A stretch of 64,000 nucleotides of DNA from a virus: positions 8,258 through 72,257 of the IMG/VR virus record IMGVR_UViG_3300006924_000007; one strand, given 5' to 3'. The first letter of the stretch is position 1; the number at the start of each line of letters is the position of its first letter. The notes beneath the pieces were generated by a model. It did not search any database. It saw only the letters and a program-made list of their open reading frames with translations, and was not told where the DNA came from. Positions 8,489 through 19,582 of this stretch are shown piece by piece. Both the position numbers and the translations under genes were made by a program.

Positions 8489-11400
8489 TTATTTATCTGA
8501 TAATTTTTGCTCTAGAATTTCAACCTTAGATGATAGTTCCTTAACTGCTTCAATAAGTAGTGCAGTGAGTTTGTCGTATTTGACTGCCATGTAACCAGTT
8601 TCTCTCATAACTGTGAGTCCAGGAAGTCCAAGAGCAGCAATTTCTTGTGCGATGACACCCGTATCTTCACCTTCATGAACACCACCTTCAATCCAGGTAA
8701 ATGTATTACCACTAATTGAGAGCACCTTGGCAAGAGGTTGTTCAATTGGTGTGATGTTCTCCTTCAATCTTTCATCAGAAGAGAAGAATGCAGTAATATC
8801 ATCGGTGACCTGAAGTTCTCCAGTAATTTTGACACCATCACTAATAGTTTCAAGTTTCTTGGCATTATTGTGGTAAAGTTCTACTGCACCATTGCCAATA
8901 ACTTTAATGCCGTCTTCACCGCCTTGAGGTTGAATGAATACATCATCCGCACCTCTTAAGTAAAGATCATTATTGTTTTGAGAGTCAATGTATAAATCTC
9001 CAACACCATTCGCCTCGATTAACGAGTTAGTCCCATCATGATAAAGTTGCAAATCATGATTTGTTCCAAGTCTTAATCTATCATCATCAAGTAGATTTAC
9101 ATTGGCTCGGAATGTGGAAATACCGGTTACATTTAACTCACCATCAACACTCAAATCAGCATTAACAGCAATCCTATTAGTGGCAGCATCAATTTTTAAA
9201 TCGCCCGTGCTCGTATCAAGTGTATTATCATCGGTAATTGCAATCTGAATATTGCCGAAAGTAGCACCTGCACCAGTGATATTATTATCAAAACTTGTAT
9301 TGCCATCAACATTTAAGTCTCCGCCAACATTTAAGTTTTTACTAATACCAGCACCACCATCAACGATAAGTGCTCCGGTAGTTTTAGTTGTTGATTGTGT
9401 TGTGTTTGCAATCTTGACTGGACCTTTTGCCGTTAAATTATCTTTAAAGGTGACTTCTCCATTAAGAGTAACTGGACCATCAAATTGTGAAAGAATCTGT
9501 CCCGAATCTCCACCCTCAACTACAAGATTATTTTTGACGATAACTTCATCAAAAACTACACTGAGACTAGATGGATCTTCACCAGTAACTGTTGAAACTG
9601 GGATGTCATAAGTTTTTTCTTCGCCTGTTGAAGATGATGTTCTTCTATTTCCAATGTAAAAATCACCCTTGTTATTCATACCCGTATAAACAACAATACC
9701 ACCCCTTCTTTCCTGCGCCTGAGAGAGGAATTCTTCGGTCTCTGAGAGTGTTCTGTCCTGAACTTGTGGAAGACCCGTTGAGTAGTTGCCTGGACCATAT
9801 CCAAGATATTCAAATGTATGACCGGATGCACGAATGATAGATGGTCTGCGGAATTCAACTGCAATTGGATCTACTTTATTCAGTAAAGAACCAGAATCAT
9901 GAGTAGAGATTCCTGTGCCTAATGCTCCTCGTGCCACAGTTATTTCATTGCTACTAGTACCAGTGATGGTGTCAGTTACAACTCTCATAATCTCTTCATC
10001 AACCTGAAGATATGAACCGAGAGGGAATCTCTTAGTGGTTGCAATACCAGAATAAGGTGAAGATACTTGTAACTTAGTATCGCCATTGAATCCACCGAGT
10101 GTTAGAGACTCGGTGTCAAATAGAGAGACGCCACGAGCATCAATGTTCTCTTCAGTCGGATCGGATATGCCATCATTTGATGACATGCCATGCTTGAGAA
10201 CATACTGTGCCGATAGACTTGAATTGGTGGTGGCAGTAAATGTATTGACACCAACTCTAGATTTAACCAGATAATCTCCAAGATTATTATTGCCACTATC
10301 AAGAACTCTGAACCTGCTTCCTGCAACTAATCCGTGAGGAGTGGAGCAGTTAAATTGTTGAACTCCTGTGGTAGAGTTATATGAATTGGATGAAACTTTT
10401 CCTGTTGGAGCAACAATATAAACATATTGCCCAGGAATACTTTCAGGGTCTCCTGCTGTTTTTGCAATAGAAACTTTATCTTTGGCTGGAATACCAGAAG
10501 TTCTATAAAGACCAAATGCAGTTGTTCCGATACCAGTAACCTGAACAACGGCACCATCAGTTGTAGAAAGACCACTAGCAGATAATCCTCTTTGAGCAAC
10601 GGTGATTGTTGCATCAGCAGATCCACCAATTACTAAGGTGTCAAAGAATAATGTGGCACCAGATTGATAACCAGAACCGGGTGATTGAATATCCATGCTG
10701 ACAACAGCACCACCAGATACACCGACGATGGCAGTGGCACCATTCCAACTAGATAGTTCAACCTCATTAAAGAGTTTTACGTTATAGTGTGTTCCATTTG
10801 TATGACCAGAACCACCAGTAATCGCACCTTCATGAGTCACAATTCCCGATAAACCATGATTTCTAGTGAATGTTAGTGTGGCAATACCTGCAACAACACT
10901 CAAATCTGATTCGGCAGATACTTCTAGATGCTTTCTGAACTTCTTATTGAACGAGTCAGTAGATTCTTTTGTGATACTTTTCTTGAGATCATTAGTTTGG
11001 ACTTCTCCAAGTGGTTCTCTCAGTGCAAACGACTTAGCAGATTGTGGATTATCATTGACATTATCTCTATCTAACTGAGGGTAGAGGTCAACAACATTTT
11101 GATTATATTCATAATTTGTAAATTCTGTAGGAACACTAAGGTTTGCATTTAGTGCATACAGATGATAGATTCCATCCTGAACATCTTGAATATAGTCAGT
11201 AATGATTTCATTTCTATAAACGAAAAGTTTATTCTGTAAATCATTTACCTCATATCTTGGTAGAGATGTTGTTCTATTGGTTAAATCATTCGTCAATGCA
11301 GGTCCAAGAGATGCACCTGTTTCATAGGTGAACTCCATATCATTAGGAATTGATACGACGGTAAATGTTCCGTTGTATCCACTATTAGCAGTGCCAACAG

Positions 11401-14044
11401 TATTGGATGTATCTTGTATATTCTTGGTAATGATTACATCACCAACAGATACGTTATGTGGTAATTCAGATCTAACAGTTACTGTTCCGCCAGAGAATGT
11501 GCAACTACCAATGAATCTTGAATTTTTGTTGAAATCGTAATCATCTATTGTAATGGACGAGAGAGATGCATCGGCATCAGTTCTTAATCCAGTTGTGCTA
11601 GATTCTTGAAGAATGAATCCACTTTCTGGATTCTTTCCATTAGAAACTTCTTTTGGAATTACAACTCTAAGTTTGTAAATCTTTTCATCAAGACTTCTAG
11701 TATCTGATGTTCTCTTTAAGAATGAAACTTCCGTTCTTGTATCTAAACCATTGTTAGTTTGAACACCAACTTGAGTCAGAGCATTGTAAATGTCACTGCC
11801 TGCATTGGTGTTAATATACCACTGCTTAACCCCTACGGTAGAGTCATACTGAACTGGATGACCAATATCTCCTGCATCTTTATCAGATACTCTACTCAAA
11901 ATTACAAGGTTTGTTCCACCATAAACGGTAATTGGAGTTCCGTTAATAGATGCTGCAAATGAAGATGCAACCTTAATTTTATTATTATCTCCACTATCAA
12001 TTACATAGTAAGTTCTTTCTGGAGTAAGGTTTTCTGGTAAGTCGGCATCATCACTCTTGATGATAATTTTCTCGCCAGTTGATAAATTATGAGCACCAAT
12101 GGTAAACTCATTTGATGTTGGACCTGATACTACTCTATATTCTTTAACACTACTTGTTTCCTCATCACTCATCAAAATGTTTGCTTCACTTATACCATAA
12201 CCTGTGACGGCACTGAAGTCTACACTTAATACATCTCCTACTTTTGCACCAACTCTAAAACCTTGAGTGAGAATTGATGGTTTGATGTCTGCTTCTGTGA
12301 AACCAAAGAGATATAGTCTTTTGTTATTTGCAACAGAAGTTGTGACACCAACGTCAATTGTTTGCCAGTCAATATTTTCTTCTAAACTCGTAATTGCTCT
12401 AGGAGCAATGATATTAGTGACGAATCCTTTATTGTCTTTTGCAAATGCATCTTTCTTAAATCCTGCGGATATAAGAGCTAGTTGTCCAAAGTTTGAGTTT
12501 GAGTTGGTAATAGATGCATCACCACCAGTATCGGCAAAGAAGTGCTGGTTAAATCCGATAGCAAAGACAGAAACAATCTGGAGGATTGCATCATTTACCA
12601 TTGAAATATGTGCGGTCTCCCAGTCTTTTCTATAGACGGCACCTGAATCTAAATGATAAACAGTGCTGGCATTAGTGGATGATGATTGCGTAGATAATGC
12701 GGATCCAGTTACTTTACCAACACCAATACCTTCATATGTTCTATTTGACTTGTTATACTTTACAAAGGCACGATCATCTTTTTGAAGACTGACTCCAGTG
12801 AATTGAGCCACAACCATTGAACGGAAACCGGATGCCTTAGAACCATCGGCTTTCATTCCGTTCATGCCAAAAACAGAACGCAGAGAGATATTAAAGATGT
12901 ATGGTGATGCACCAGTTACAGTATCAGTTTCAATCGTTACAGTGGCACTTGATGTATTACCAGGTGTCTCTAGATTCTTTCTAAAATCTGGAAGTAAATA
13001 TGTGAATACTTTTGGATTATCTGTAGAAACACTCTGAACTTTCGTTGAAATATTATAATCGTCGGGAACAACTCCTTTAATTTTTATTGGAGTTCCTGCT
13101 TGCAATTCATGATCGGTTGCCGTGGTTACAGTAACTACACTCGTAGGAGTTCCACCCGAACCAGATACAATGGCACTAATCTCTAGTGGGTCAGATGCAA
13201 AAGCACCAACAATTTCCCATTCCGGTCTTTGCTTCTCAAATCCTTGTGGGTTGGCAGGATATTTTTGGTCAATAATTCTACCCGATGCCTGATTATATGC
13301 ATTACCAAGTTTTGCATAATACATGTCAAGGTCAGTGAGATCATAACCACTGACATTATTAACACCATCGGCATACTCAAAACAAGTAAGTTTGTGGTGT
13401 GAGAATGTTGGTTTAGACCTATTATCTACTGAGAAATCAACGGGGTCGGTATATACTACACCTGCATCATCTCCATCAAAGAAGGAGAACTGCCAAAAAT
13501 AACATGTGCCAGTAATTCTAAAGATTGCCGAATCAGCAACTGCTAAATCTGTAGGATTGGGAACATATTTTGGACGAACTTTGGTCTTTCTTAAGTCAAG
13601 ACCAACAACGGATGTTCCTCTGGGGATAATAATACCACCATTGACACTATTGAACTTATAAAGAATATTATCTTCTTGGTTAATATCAAAATTAGAATCA
13701 AGTTGTAAATTTAAAGTATCCGATGCCGCAGTTTCTCCACCACCAGGAGAAATTACTTTTGCAGTTCCGCCATCATTTTTTACTGCAAATCCAGGTCTAT
13801 TATCAACTTCATGAATTCCGGGCATGAGAAGAATAGTGGTCTTCTCTACCAAATCATTACTATTTCCTTGCACATAAGAAAATCTTGCCGACTCTAAGAG
13901 TGCTCTCTGAAGAGTTTTGAATGGTTGAGCAAGGGAATTGCCCTGGTTATTAATACTATCAGTTGCATCCAAATCCGATGGACTTACATATAAGATTCGA
14001 CCTTCAGTATTCTTGATAAAATTATCTAGTTTATTCAGAGGCAT
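8489..14044 (-). CDS. Large virion structural (fibre-like) protein with C-terminal Peptidase_S74-type intramolecular chaperone
   Basis: 1851 aa; MPLNKLDNFIKNTEGRILYVSP N-terminus typical of cyanomyovirus structural proteins; C-terminal SDERLKENITPI...GVIAQEI...VKYDKLTALLIEAVKEL. Confidence 0.82.
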   Translation of the reverse strand: MPLNKLDNFIKNTEGRILYVSPSDLDATDSINNQGNSLAQPFKTLQRALLESARFSYVQGNSNDLVEKTTILLMPGIHEVDNRPGFAVKNDGGTAKVISPGGGETAASDTLNLQLDSNFDINQEDNILYKFNSVNGGIIIPRGTSVVGLDLRKTKVRPKYVPNPTDLAVADSAIFRITGTCYFWQFSFFDGDDAGVVYTDPVDFSVDNRSKPTFSHHKLTCFEYADGVNNVSGYDLTDLDMYYAKLGNAYNQASGRIIDQKYPANPQGFEKQRPEWEIVGAFASDPLEISAIVSGSGGTPTSVVTVTTATDHELQAGTPIKIKGVVPDDYNISTKVQSVSTDNPKVFTYLLPDFRKNLETPGNTSSATVTIETDTVTGASPYIFNISLRSVFGMNGMKADGSKASGFRSMVVAQFTGVSLQKDDRAFVKYNKSNRTYEGIGVGKVTGSALSTQSSSTNASTVYHLDSGAVYRKDWETAHISMVNDAILQIVSVFAIGFNQHFFADTGGDASITNSNSNFGQLALISAGFKKDAFAKDNKGFVTNIIAPRAITSLEENIDWQTIDVGVTTSVANNKRLYLFGFTEADIKPSILTQGFRVGAKVGDVLSVDFSAVTGYGISEANILMSDEETSSVKEYRVVSGPTSNEFTIGAHNLSTGEKIIIKSDDADLPENLTPERTYYVIDSGDNNKIKVASSFAASINGTPITVYGGTNLVILSRVSDKDAGDIGHPVQYDSTVGVKQWYINTNAGSDIYNALTQVGVQTNNGLDTRTEVSFLKRTSDTRSLDEKIYKLRVVIPKEVSNGKNPESGFILQESSTTGLRTDADASLSSITIDDYDFNKNSRFIGSCTFSGGTVTVRSELPHNVSVGDVIITKNIQDTSNTVGTANSGYNGTFTVVSIPNDMEFTYETGASLGPALTNDLTNRTTSLPRYEVNDLQNKLFVYRNEIITDYIQDVQDGIYHLYALNANLSVPTEFTNYEYNQNVVDLYPQLDRDNVNDNPQSAKSFALREPLGEVQTNDLKKSITKESTDSFNKKFRKHLEVSAESDLSVVAGIATLTFTRNHGLSGIVTHEGAITGGSGHTNGTHYNVKLFNEVELSSWNGATAIVGVSGGAVVSMDIQSPGSGYQSGATLFFDTLVIGGSADATITVAQRGLSASGLSTTDGAVVQVTGIGTTAFGLYRTSGIPAKDKVSIAKTAGDPESIPGQYVYIVAPTGKVSSNSYNSTTGVQQFNCSTPHGLVAGSRFRVLDSGNNNLGDYLVKSRVGVNTFTATTNSSLSAQYVLKHGMSSNDGISDPTEENIDARGVSLFDTESLTLGGFNGDTKLQVSSPYSGIATTKRFPLGSYLQVDEEIMRVVTDTITGTSSNEITVARGALGTGISTHDSGSLLNKVDPIAVEFRRPSIIRASGHTFEYLGYGPGNYSTGLPQVQDRTLSETEEFLSQAQERRGGIVVYTGMNNKGDFYIGNRRTSSSTGEEKTYDIPVSTVTGEDPSSLSVVFDEVIVKNNLVVEGGDSGQILSQFDGPVTLNGEVTFKDNLTAKGPVKIANTTQSTTKTTGALIVDGGAGISKNLNVGGDLNVDGNTSFDNNITGAGATFGNIQIAITDDNTLDTSTGDLKIDAATNRIAVNADLSVDGELNVTGISTFRANVNLLDDDRLRLGTNHDLQLYHDGTNSLIEANGVGDLYIDSQNNNDLYLRGADDVFIQPQGGEDGIKVIGNGAVELYHNNAKKLETISDGVKITGELQVTDDITAFFSSDERLKENITPIEQPLAKVLSISGNTFTWIEGGVHEGEDTGVIAQEIAALGLPGLTVMRETGYMAVKYDKLTALLIEAVKELSSKVEILEQKLSDK

Positions 14045-14081
14045 GGGATTATTTTACTGCTGAAATATTTCTATATTCTAT

Positions 14082-14300
14082 TTAGTTACCTTTATTAATT
14101 GATTTTTTTCTTTTACGCACTAAAGGTTTAGCATACAACACCATTTCTGAATCAATATGTTTTTCAATAATTTTTAGAACGTTCATAAACTCGTTTATGG
14201 TCTCGCATTCTACTAGTCTTGTGTCGCCTTCATTACCGAGCACAATGACAGTTCTTTTGCAAACATCAATTAAAATGTTGCTAACATTTTCAGTTCCCAT
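14082..14300 (-). CDS. Hypothetical protein
   Basis: 72-aa ORF within the structural cluster. Confidence 0.6.
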   Translation of the reverse strand: MGTENVSNILIDVCKRTVIVLGNEGDTRLVECETINEFMNVLKIIEKHIDSEMVLYAKPLVRKRKKSINKGN

Positions 14301-14322
14301 ATGAATACATCCATATCTGGCA

Positions 14323-15246
14323 TTATATAGCTGTTGATAGTCCAGTTATTGCAGCTATTGTATCTGATTCGGAAGTTGCTCTTGCTTCAACCTCAAGTTT
14401 AGTATTTTTACATCCCCAATTTTGTAGTTCTTTTTCAGATTTTTTATTCTTGACAGTATTAAGATCGTCTCTAAGTGCTCCTATTCCATTTCTAAGTACA
14501 TTAATATCGGTATACAAGGAATCGATTTCAGTTTTTATTTGAGCACATGTTTTCGAACCACTAATGGGTATTCCGGTTCCAGATAAATCAAGTCTGCCAC
14601 TTGTTGAAATAACTGGTCCACTTCCATCCGTTTTGAGTCCGGTCACAGATCCGGCACTATTTTTATAAATGAAAGGTTCTGCAACATTCTCGTATCCAAA
14701 TCCTGCATATTGTGATGTTGATTCATTCAATGCTATTGTAGTGTCAGGTTCAAATGGATTTTGTGCTCCATAATCAACATCAGGACCTGCCATTTTGGTG
14801 TATATTTTGATAGTTTCTGTATCTTCATTTATTTCAAATAGTGTAAGACCAATACCTGCCGACGAATTGCAAAAATTGAGTGGACTATCTACTGTTCCGG
14901 TTGAAATTCCTGCTGTGAGTGATAGAGTAACTATTTCCCTTTTCTTAGCATCAATCTGAGTTAAAATACCAATAATTTTATTATCTACATCTGCACAAAA
15001 TTCTTGCAATACTTTTGCTTCCTCTTCAATTTCTGCCTCTCTTACACCAATCACTCCACCATCTTTTAATCCACTATCAACAATTTCTTTATTTTGACTC
15101 CAAGTTCCATCAGAGTTTTCTGTGACAGTTATTTTTTCTATTTTCTCGGGAGCAGTATATTCTGATTGATTTTCATATACACCTTTTAATTGATCCTGGT
15201 CCCTGTTTACGACTTCAAGAGCCCTGTTTGTTAAATTTTCATTCAT
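14323..15246 (-). CDS. Hypothetical (probable structural) protein
   Basis: 307 aa with coiled-coil ends; ATGA-coupled to the upstream gene. Confidence 0.6.
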   Translation of the reverse strand: MNENLTNRALEVVNRDQDQLKGVYENQSEYTAPEKIEKITVTENSDGTWSQNKEIVDSGLKDGGVIGVREAEIEEEAKVLQEFCADVDNKIIGILTQIDAKKREIVTLSLTAGISTGTVDSPLNFCNSSAGIGLTLFEINEDTETIKIYTKMAGPDVDYGAQNPFEPDTTIALNESTSQYAGFGYENVAEPFIYKNSAGSVTGLKTDGSGPVISTSGRLDLSGTGIPISGSKTCAQIKTEIDSLYTDINVLRNGIGALRDDLNTVKNKKSEKELQNWGCKNTKLEVEARATSESDTIAAITGLSTAI

Positions 15247-16043
15247 GATTCTAATTCAGTAATTCTAGTTTTCAATTCTTCAATTTGTTCTTGTTGCTCT
15301 TTGACTGCTCCAATTAATACGGCAGTAAGTTTCTCGTAGTTGACACTTTTCCATTTTTCGTCATAAATTTTTTCTTCTCTTACAACTTCAGGAATGATGT
15401 CTTCAATCTCTTGTGCTATTAATCCAATCTGTCTTCCCTCTTTATGATTTTTGACAAATGACGAGGGAAGAATATCCTTTCTCCATTCATAATATACTGG
15501 GTTTAATTGTAGCACCTTTGTCAAGGATGTAGAATTGGGAATGGATTCAATTTTCTTTTTTAATCTTGAATCGGAGTGAGTATGGAGTGTATTAAGAGTG
15601 AGTCCATTATATGCCCAGTGTCCTAATAAATCTCCTGCCAGAGCTATATGTGTTTCTTTCGGTGCCACAGAAGTATCTGCCGGAGCTACAGTTACTTCTT
15701 TTCCGGTTACTTTATTAAAGAATGCACTATATCTTGCCGCGATTGCACCTAGTGATATATCAGAACCAACCTTTACATCTACACCGAGTATATTTCTCAC
15801 CCCTACTTCAGCACCAAGACCCAAAAAGTTCCATGATAATGGAGTGGGAATAGGACCAACAGAAGGTGCAGTAACTAATGATGCACTATAAGGAATTGCA
15901 CTAGATCCCTGTCCAAAGTGTCCCTTATATGCCGATAGAACACCTCCACCGGGTTCGGTAAGCATTTTTGGAAACGCAAGACCACCACCGGTAAACGAAT
16001 TAAAAACATCTATATGGTTTGCTTCCAAATAATCAAATGCCAT
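15243..16043 (-). CDS. Structural protein with C-terminal S74-type chaperone domain
   Basis: HSDSRLKKKI...LNPVYYEW...GLIAQEIEDIIPEVV...VNYEKLTAVLIGAVKEQ. Confidence 0.75.
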   Translation of the reverse strand: MAFDYLEANHIDVFNSFTGGGLAFPKMLTEPGGGVLSAYKGHFGQGSSAIPYSASLVTAPSVGPIPTPLSWNFLGLGAEVGVRNILGVDVKVGSDISLGAIAARYSAFFNKVTGKEVTVAPADTSVAPKETHIALAGDLLGHWAYNGLTLNTLHTHSDSRLKKKIESIPNSTSLTKVLQLNPVYYEWRKDILPSSFVKNHKEGRQIGLIAQEIEDIIPEVVREEKIYDEKWKSVNYEKLTAVLIGAVKEQQEQIEELKTRITELES

Positions 16044-16052
16044 TTCTACTCC

Positions 16053-16643
16053 TTATCCACAAGTTTTTCTAACAGTATCTATAAAACCACCAATAATATC
16101 TCCAGTTAATAATTTTGCAACTACATTAAGAGGAGATGACTTTACCACATCAGCACAGAATAAATTTAAAAAACCCTGAGCATTCAAAGTAATGGAATCA
16201 GATGACAACATGCATATTTTAGAACCACTTATGGTTATTTGCTCTCCGGCAGTCATTGTTATGTGATCATTTGCCTTTAATAAAAATGACCCATCATTAC
16301 CATCACCTATACATTCTGCGTATATGTTTTTTGCCTTAAATTTTATATTTCCATTTTCGGCAATGATACAGATGTCACCATTTTTCGCAGTAATAATTTT
16401 TGCAATTGCTTCTTTTGATGCCTCTTGTTGGTCACCCTGAACTAGATTAGTCCCGCAAACTTCTTCAGATTTTCCTGGATTAATCTCTGCTTTATTTCCA
16501 TTTTTGTTGCATAAAATAGTATGCCCTCCATCTAAGGACAGAAGCATTGCAGTATTATCATCCTTCTCCTTTGGTGCTATGGGACCGAAGGATAATATTC
16601 CATGAGGATTATCTGTAACTATAGTTTCTGGGATAAATGTCAT
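16053..16643 (-). CDS. Baseplate spike-associated protein (resembles the gp5 C-terminal beta-helix region)
   Basis: 196 aa with short beta-strand repeats (GDICIIAENGNIKFKAKNI), downstream of the gp5-like gene. Confidence 0.5.
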   Translation of the reverse strand: MTFIPETIVTDNPHGILSFGPIAPKEKDDNTAMLLSLDGGHTILCNKNGNKAEINPGKSEEVCGTNLVQGDQQEASKEAIAKIITAKNGDICIIAENGNIKFKAKNIYAECIGDGNDGSFLLKANDHITMTAGEQITISGSKICMLSSDSITLNAQGFLNLFCADVVKSSPLNVVAKLLTGDIIGGFIDTVRKTCG

Positions 16644-16655
16644 AATGTTTTATAT

Positions 16656-19532
16656 TTAATATCCACCACCACCATATCCACCTCCTCCGGAGGGTGGTGG
16701 TGAAGGTGAAGGACTTGGAGTAGGTGAAGGACTTGGAGTAGGTGTGGGAGTAGATCTTGGTGCTGGTGTGGGTCTTGGTCTCGGTGTCGATGCAGGAGTT
16801 TGAGAAGTTGCTGGTGTAGGAGTTGAAGGTTGAGTAGATCTCCTTCTTTTATTTAAACTTTCTTCAGCAGTATCATAAATTGTTTCATGATATCCTGAAA
16901 TGTGGAAGGCACCAACCATTTTTACACCTTTAGATGGGTGAACATGGAATGGTCCAGAGTATGGTTGACCATTAACATATCCAATGACGGGAGGTGTATT
17001 ACCAACACAATCAATTACACGAACAACATTTCTTTGGGCAAGAACGGCAATACTTTCATCGCTGGCAATTGTTCTATCAATAGGAATAATTGTTTGTGGT
17101 GGCAGTTCTTCTTCAGTATCGTCAGTAATTTTGATGAAGGAGAATTTTGGTTTAATTTTAGCACCTTCTCCTGTTGGACTATCTATTGTAATAGTTGGAA
17201 TATCGGTGAGACCACAAACTTTTCCTATCATGGTTATACTTATAATTTGACCTGCCTCTGTCATTCTCACAGATGCCTCTAAATTGGGAAGATCTGGTGT
17301 GATTATAATTTCATCTAATTGAGAATATCCAAGTCCTGTTGAAATAATATCAAATCCTTCTAAGCAAACAATATAATCATTAACTCCTCTATTCGGATCT
17401 ATAATCACGCCTCCACCACCGGGATCACCAGGAGTTCCATCACCACCATCACCACCGGGAGTGTCACCACCACCACCAGGAGTTCCGCCACCACCAGGTG
17501 CTGTTGGATCTATCAGATTACCAAATTCATCACGACCAGTTGGTCTATTTGGATATCCATTTCCATGATTGACCATTATAATGTCAGTAATCTGACCGTA
17601 TGTGGATGATTGAGAATTATAATCAATCTCTGCATATCCGGAAGCATAATTACCATTATCACACGGATCAATAATACTTACAAATGGAGGTCTTGTGTAT
17701 CCAGAACCTCCATTTTCTATGTTGACACCATAAATTTGTCCAAGATCATTAATAACTGCCTTTCCAACGGCACCAATACCACCGCCACCAAAAATTTCAA
17801 CACTAGGAGGACCACATTTAAATGGATTTGTATCACATGGGAATGGTGCATTAGGTGCATCTGCCAAATCTCCTAATGTACCACCAAAAATTGATAATCC
17901 ATTAACAGAATCTTCCAATCCTCCCTCTAAAATTGCACTTTCTGCATTATCTAAGAAATTATCAAACTCATTTCCAAAAGGTTTTGATGGAGCATTTGCC
18001 CATGGTCCTAATGGTGTTGCCTTAATTTCTGGACAATTTGGTTTTTGGCAAAGATATGCTTCAAATCCGAGAATGAAATCAATTGCTTCAAATATTGATC
18101 CTGCAATTTTGCCAATACCACCTAAAAGGTCATTGATACTGTCTAGAACTGGTCCCAATGCTTCATCTACCATTGCAACAACGTTGTTAATTAATCCATT
18201 TGTAAATTGTTGCACTGCACAGAGGGGAACATTTACAATTTTACCAACAAGTTCAAATAAGAAGTCGGCAACAAGTTGTCCAAGATTATCAACTATATCT
18301 TTAAACTTACATAAAATATTATCAATGATTTGTCCGATTATCGTATTCTTAAATTGTTTGGCAAGAGTCGGAAATAGATTATCAATCAGTAATTGAATTC
18401 CTTTTCTGATTTTGTCTAACAACCAATTACGAAGATTCTGCATCAAACCTTTCATGATGCTACCAATTACAGATGCAGTATTTCTGATTAAATTGGTAAT
18501 TCTATATACGGAATTGAAGGCACTATTGATATATGTGTCTCCAAATTTTCTAATTTGTTTTAATGTATTGAAAAATTTTAATAATGTGGTATTGATTTTA
18601 GCTAGATCACTTGTTCCGCATGGATCTGGTAATGAAACTTCCTCTCTCAATAATGCAACTGCATCTCCGTATGCCTTTGTCTTTCTGAATGTTGTGCAGT
18701 CAGGAGCTCCTGGAAGACTCCATGATTTGCCTATAGTTTCTCTTGCCAAACAATTAGCAGCATCATTATCGGATGCAAGTTCTTTTAAGTTTTCATCTAA
18801 TTCTGCTAATTTATTAAGTTCATTATTATATTCTGCTTTTAGTTCATCACTCCACTGATCATAAGCAGTTCCTTCATTATCTTTTATTAATTTATTGACA
18901 ACATCTACTTGATCATTAATTGCATTTGCACTCCTAAGTGCTTCTTGACTCAACTCTTTGGGATTGGATACTTTTACTTTTTCTTTTGGTATAACTGCCT
19001 GTTGATCTGCTGTTGGTGATGATGATGTTGGTGATGATGATGATGTTGAAGGAACTGATCCAGCATAAATGCTGTCTCCCGTAACTCCAAAATTGTTTAT
19101 ATTATCAGTGAATGTATGTCCTCTATATGTAATCGCATCAGGTCTACCTTGACCACCTAAAGAATCAAATCCGTTGGATAATACTAAACCTCTTGCGTTT
19201 GTTGCACTAACACCATCTGATTGAACACTCCTCTGAAGTTCTGCCGGATTTTTTGCAAGTTGAAATGCTTTTTCTGCGTTACTTAATTGTGTTGTACTAA
19301 AACTTTGATCAATAGAATTTCTGCTGTCTCCTACTGGTTGATATTGATTTGGTGCGTATATAATATCCCTAATATTAGTGCTTCTAGTATTAAAATTAGC
19401 ACCTGCTCTTATTGCCTCTCTTCTGTTTAAGACACTTCTAATGACGAGTGCCATTCCCACAACACCCTCACTTCTTGCTTCTGCAAGAGCAAGTCTTTTT
19501 AAAAGTTCCTTATCCTGCGCGGAAATTGACAT
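16656..19532 (-). CDS. gp5-like baseplate hub protein (C-terminal part) with an N-terminal SleB/Hydrolase_2-type cell-wall hydrolase domain
   Basis: N-terminal LLKRLALAEARSEGVVGMALVIRSVLNR...IIYAPNQYQPV (SleB signature); body with PCGT, CGPPSVEIFGGGG and GGSGYTRPP segments seen in cyanophage gp5; Pro/Ser tail ending GGGGYGGGGY. Confidence 0.72.
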   Translation of the reverse strand: MSISAQDKELLKRLALAEARSEGVVGMALVIRSVLNRREAIRAGANFNTRSTNIRDIIYAPNQYQPVGDSRNSIDQSFSTTQLSNAEKAFQLAKNPAELQRSVQSDGVSATNARGLVLSNGFDSLGGQGRPDAITYRGHTFTDNINNFGVTGDSIYAGSVPSTSSSSPTSSSPTADQQAVIPKEKVKVSNPKELSQEALRSANAINDQVDVVNKLIKDNEGTAYDQWSDELKAEYNNELNKLAELDENLKELASDNDAANCLARETIGKSWSLPGAPDCTTFRKTKAYGDAVALLREEVSLPDPCGTSDLAKINTTLLKFFNTLKQIRKFGDTYINSAFNSVYRITNLIRNTASVIGSIMKGLMQNLRNWLLDKIRKGIQLLIDNLFPTLAKQFKNTIIGQIIDNILCKFKDIVDNLGQLVADFLFELVGKIVNVPLCAVQQFTNGLINNVVAMVDEALGPVLDSINDLLGGIGKIAGSIFEAIDFILGFEAYLCQKPNCPEIKATPLGPWANAPSKPFGNEFDNFLDNAESAILEGGLEDSVNGLSIFGGTLGDLADAPNAPFPCDTNPFKCGPPSVEIFGGGGIGAVGKAVINDLGQIYGVNIENGGSGYTRPPFVSIIDPCDNGNYASGYAEIDYNSQSSTYGQITDIIMVNHGNGYPNRPTGRDEFGNLIDPTAPGGGGTPGGGGDTPGGDGGDGTPGDPGGGGVIIDPNRGVNDYIVCLEGFDIISTGLGYSQLDEIIITPDLPNLEASVRMTEAGQIISITMIGKVCGLTDIPTITIDSPTGEGAKIKPKFSFIKITDDTEEELPPQTIIPIDRTIASDESIAVLAQRNVVRVIDCVGNTPPVIGYVNGQPYSGPFHVHPSKGVKMVGAFHISGYHETIYDTAEESLNKRRRSTQPSTPTPATSQTPASTPRPRPTPAPRSTPTPTPSPSPTPSPSPSPPPSGGGGYGGGGY

Positions 19533-19557
19533 CTATAATTTTACCTCCTTATGCTCG

Positions 19558-19564
19558 TATTTAT
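19558..19564 (-). promoter_or_regulatory. T4-type late promoter with RBS
   Basis: Minus strand ATAAATA followed by AGGAGG and the ATG at 19532. Confidence 0.6.
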
Positions 19565-19582
19565 CATCTTTAATAGTAATGT

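Noticed and set aside
16656-16840. Pro/Ser/Thr repeats (GGTGAAGGACTTGGAGTA twice) as a separate repeat element
   Set aside because: This is a low-complexity coding tail of the gp5-like protein.
19533-19582. gp5 split caused by a sequencing error
   Set aside because: The 50-nt gap contains a late promoter and a strong RBS, and both flanking ORF ends carry extra sequence.
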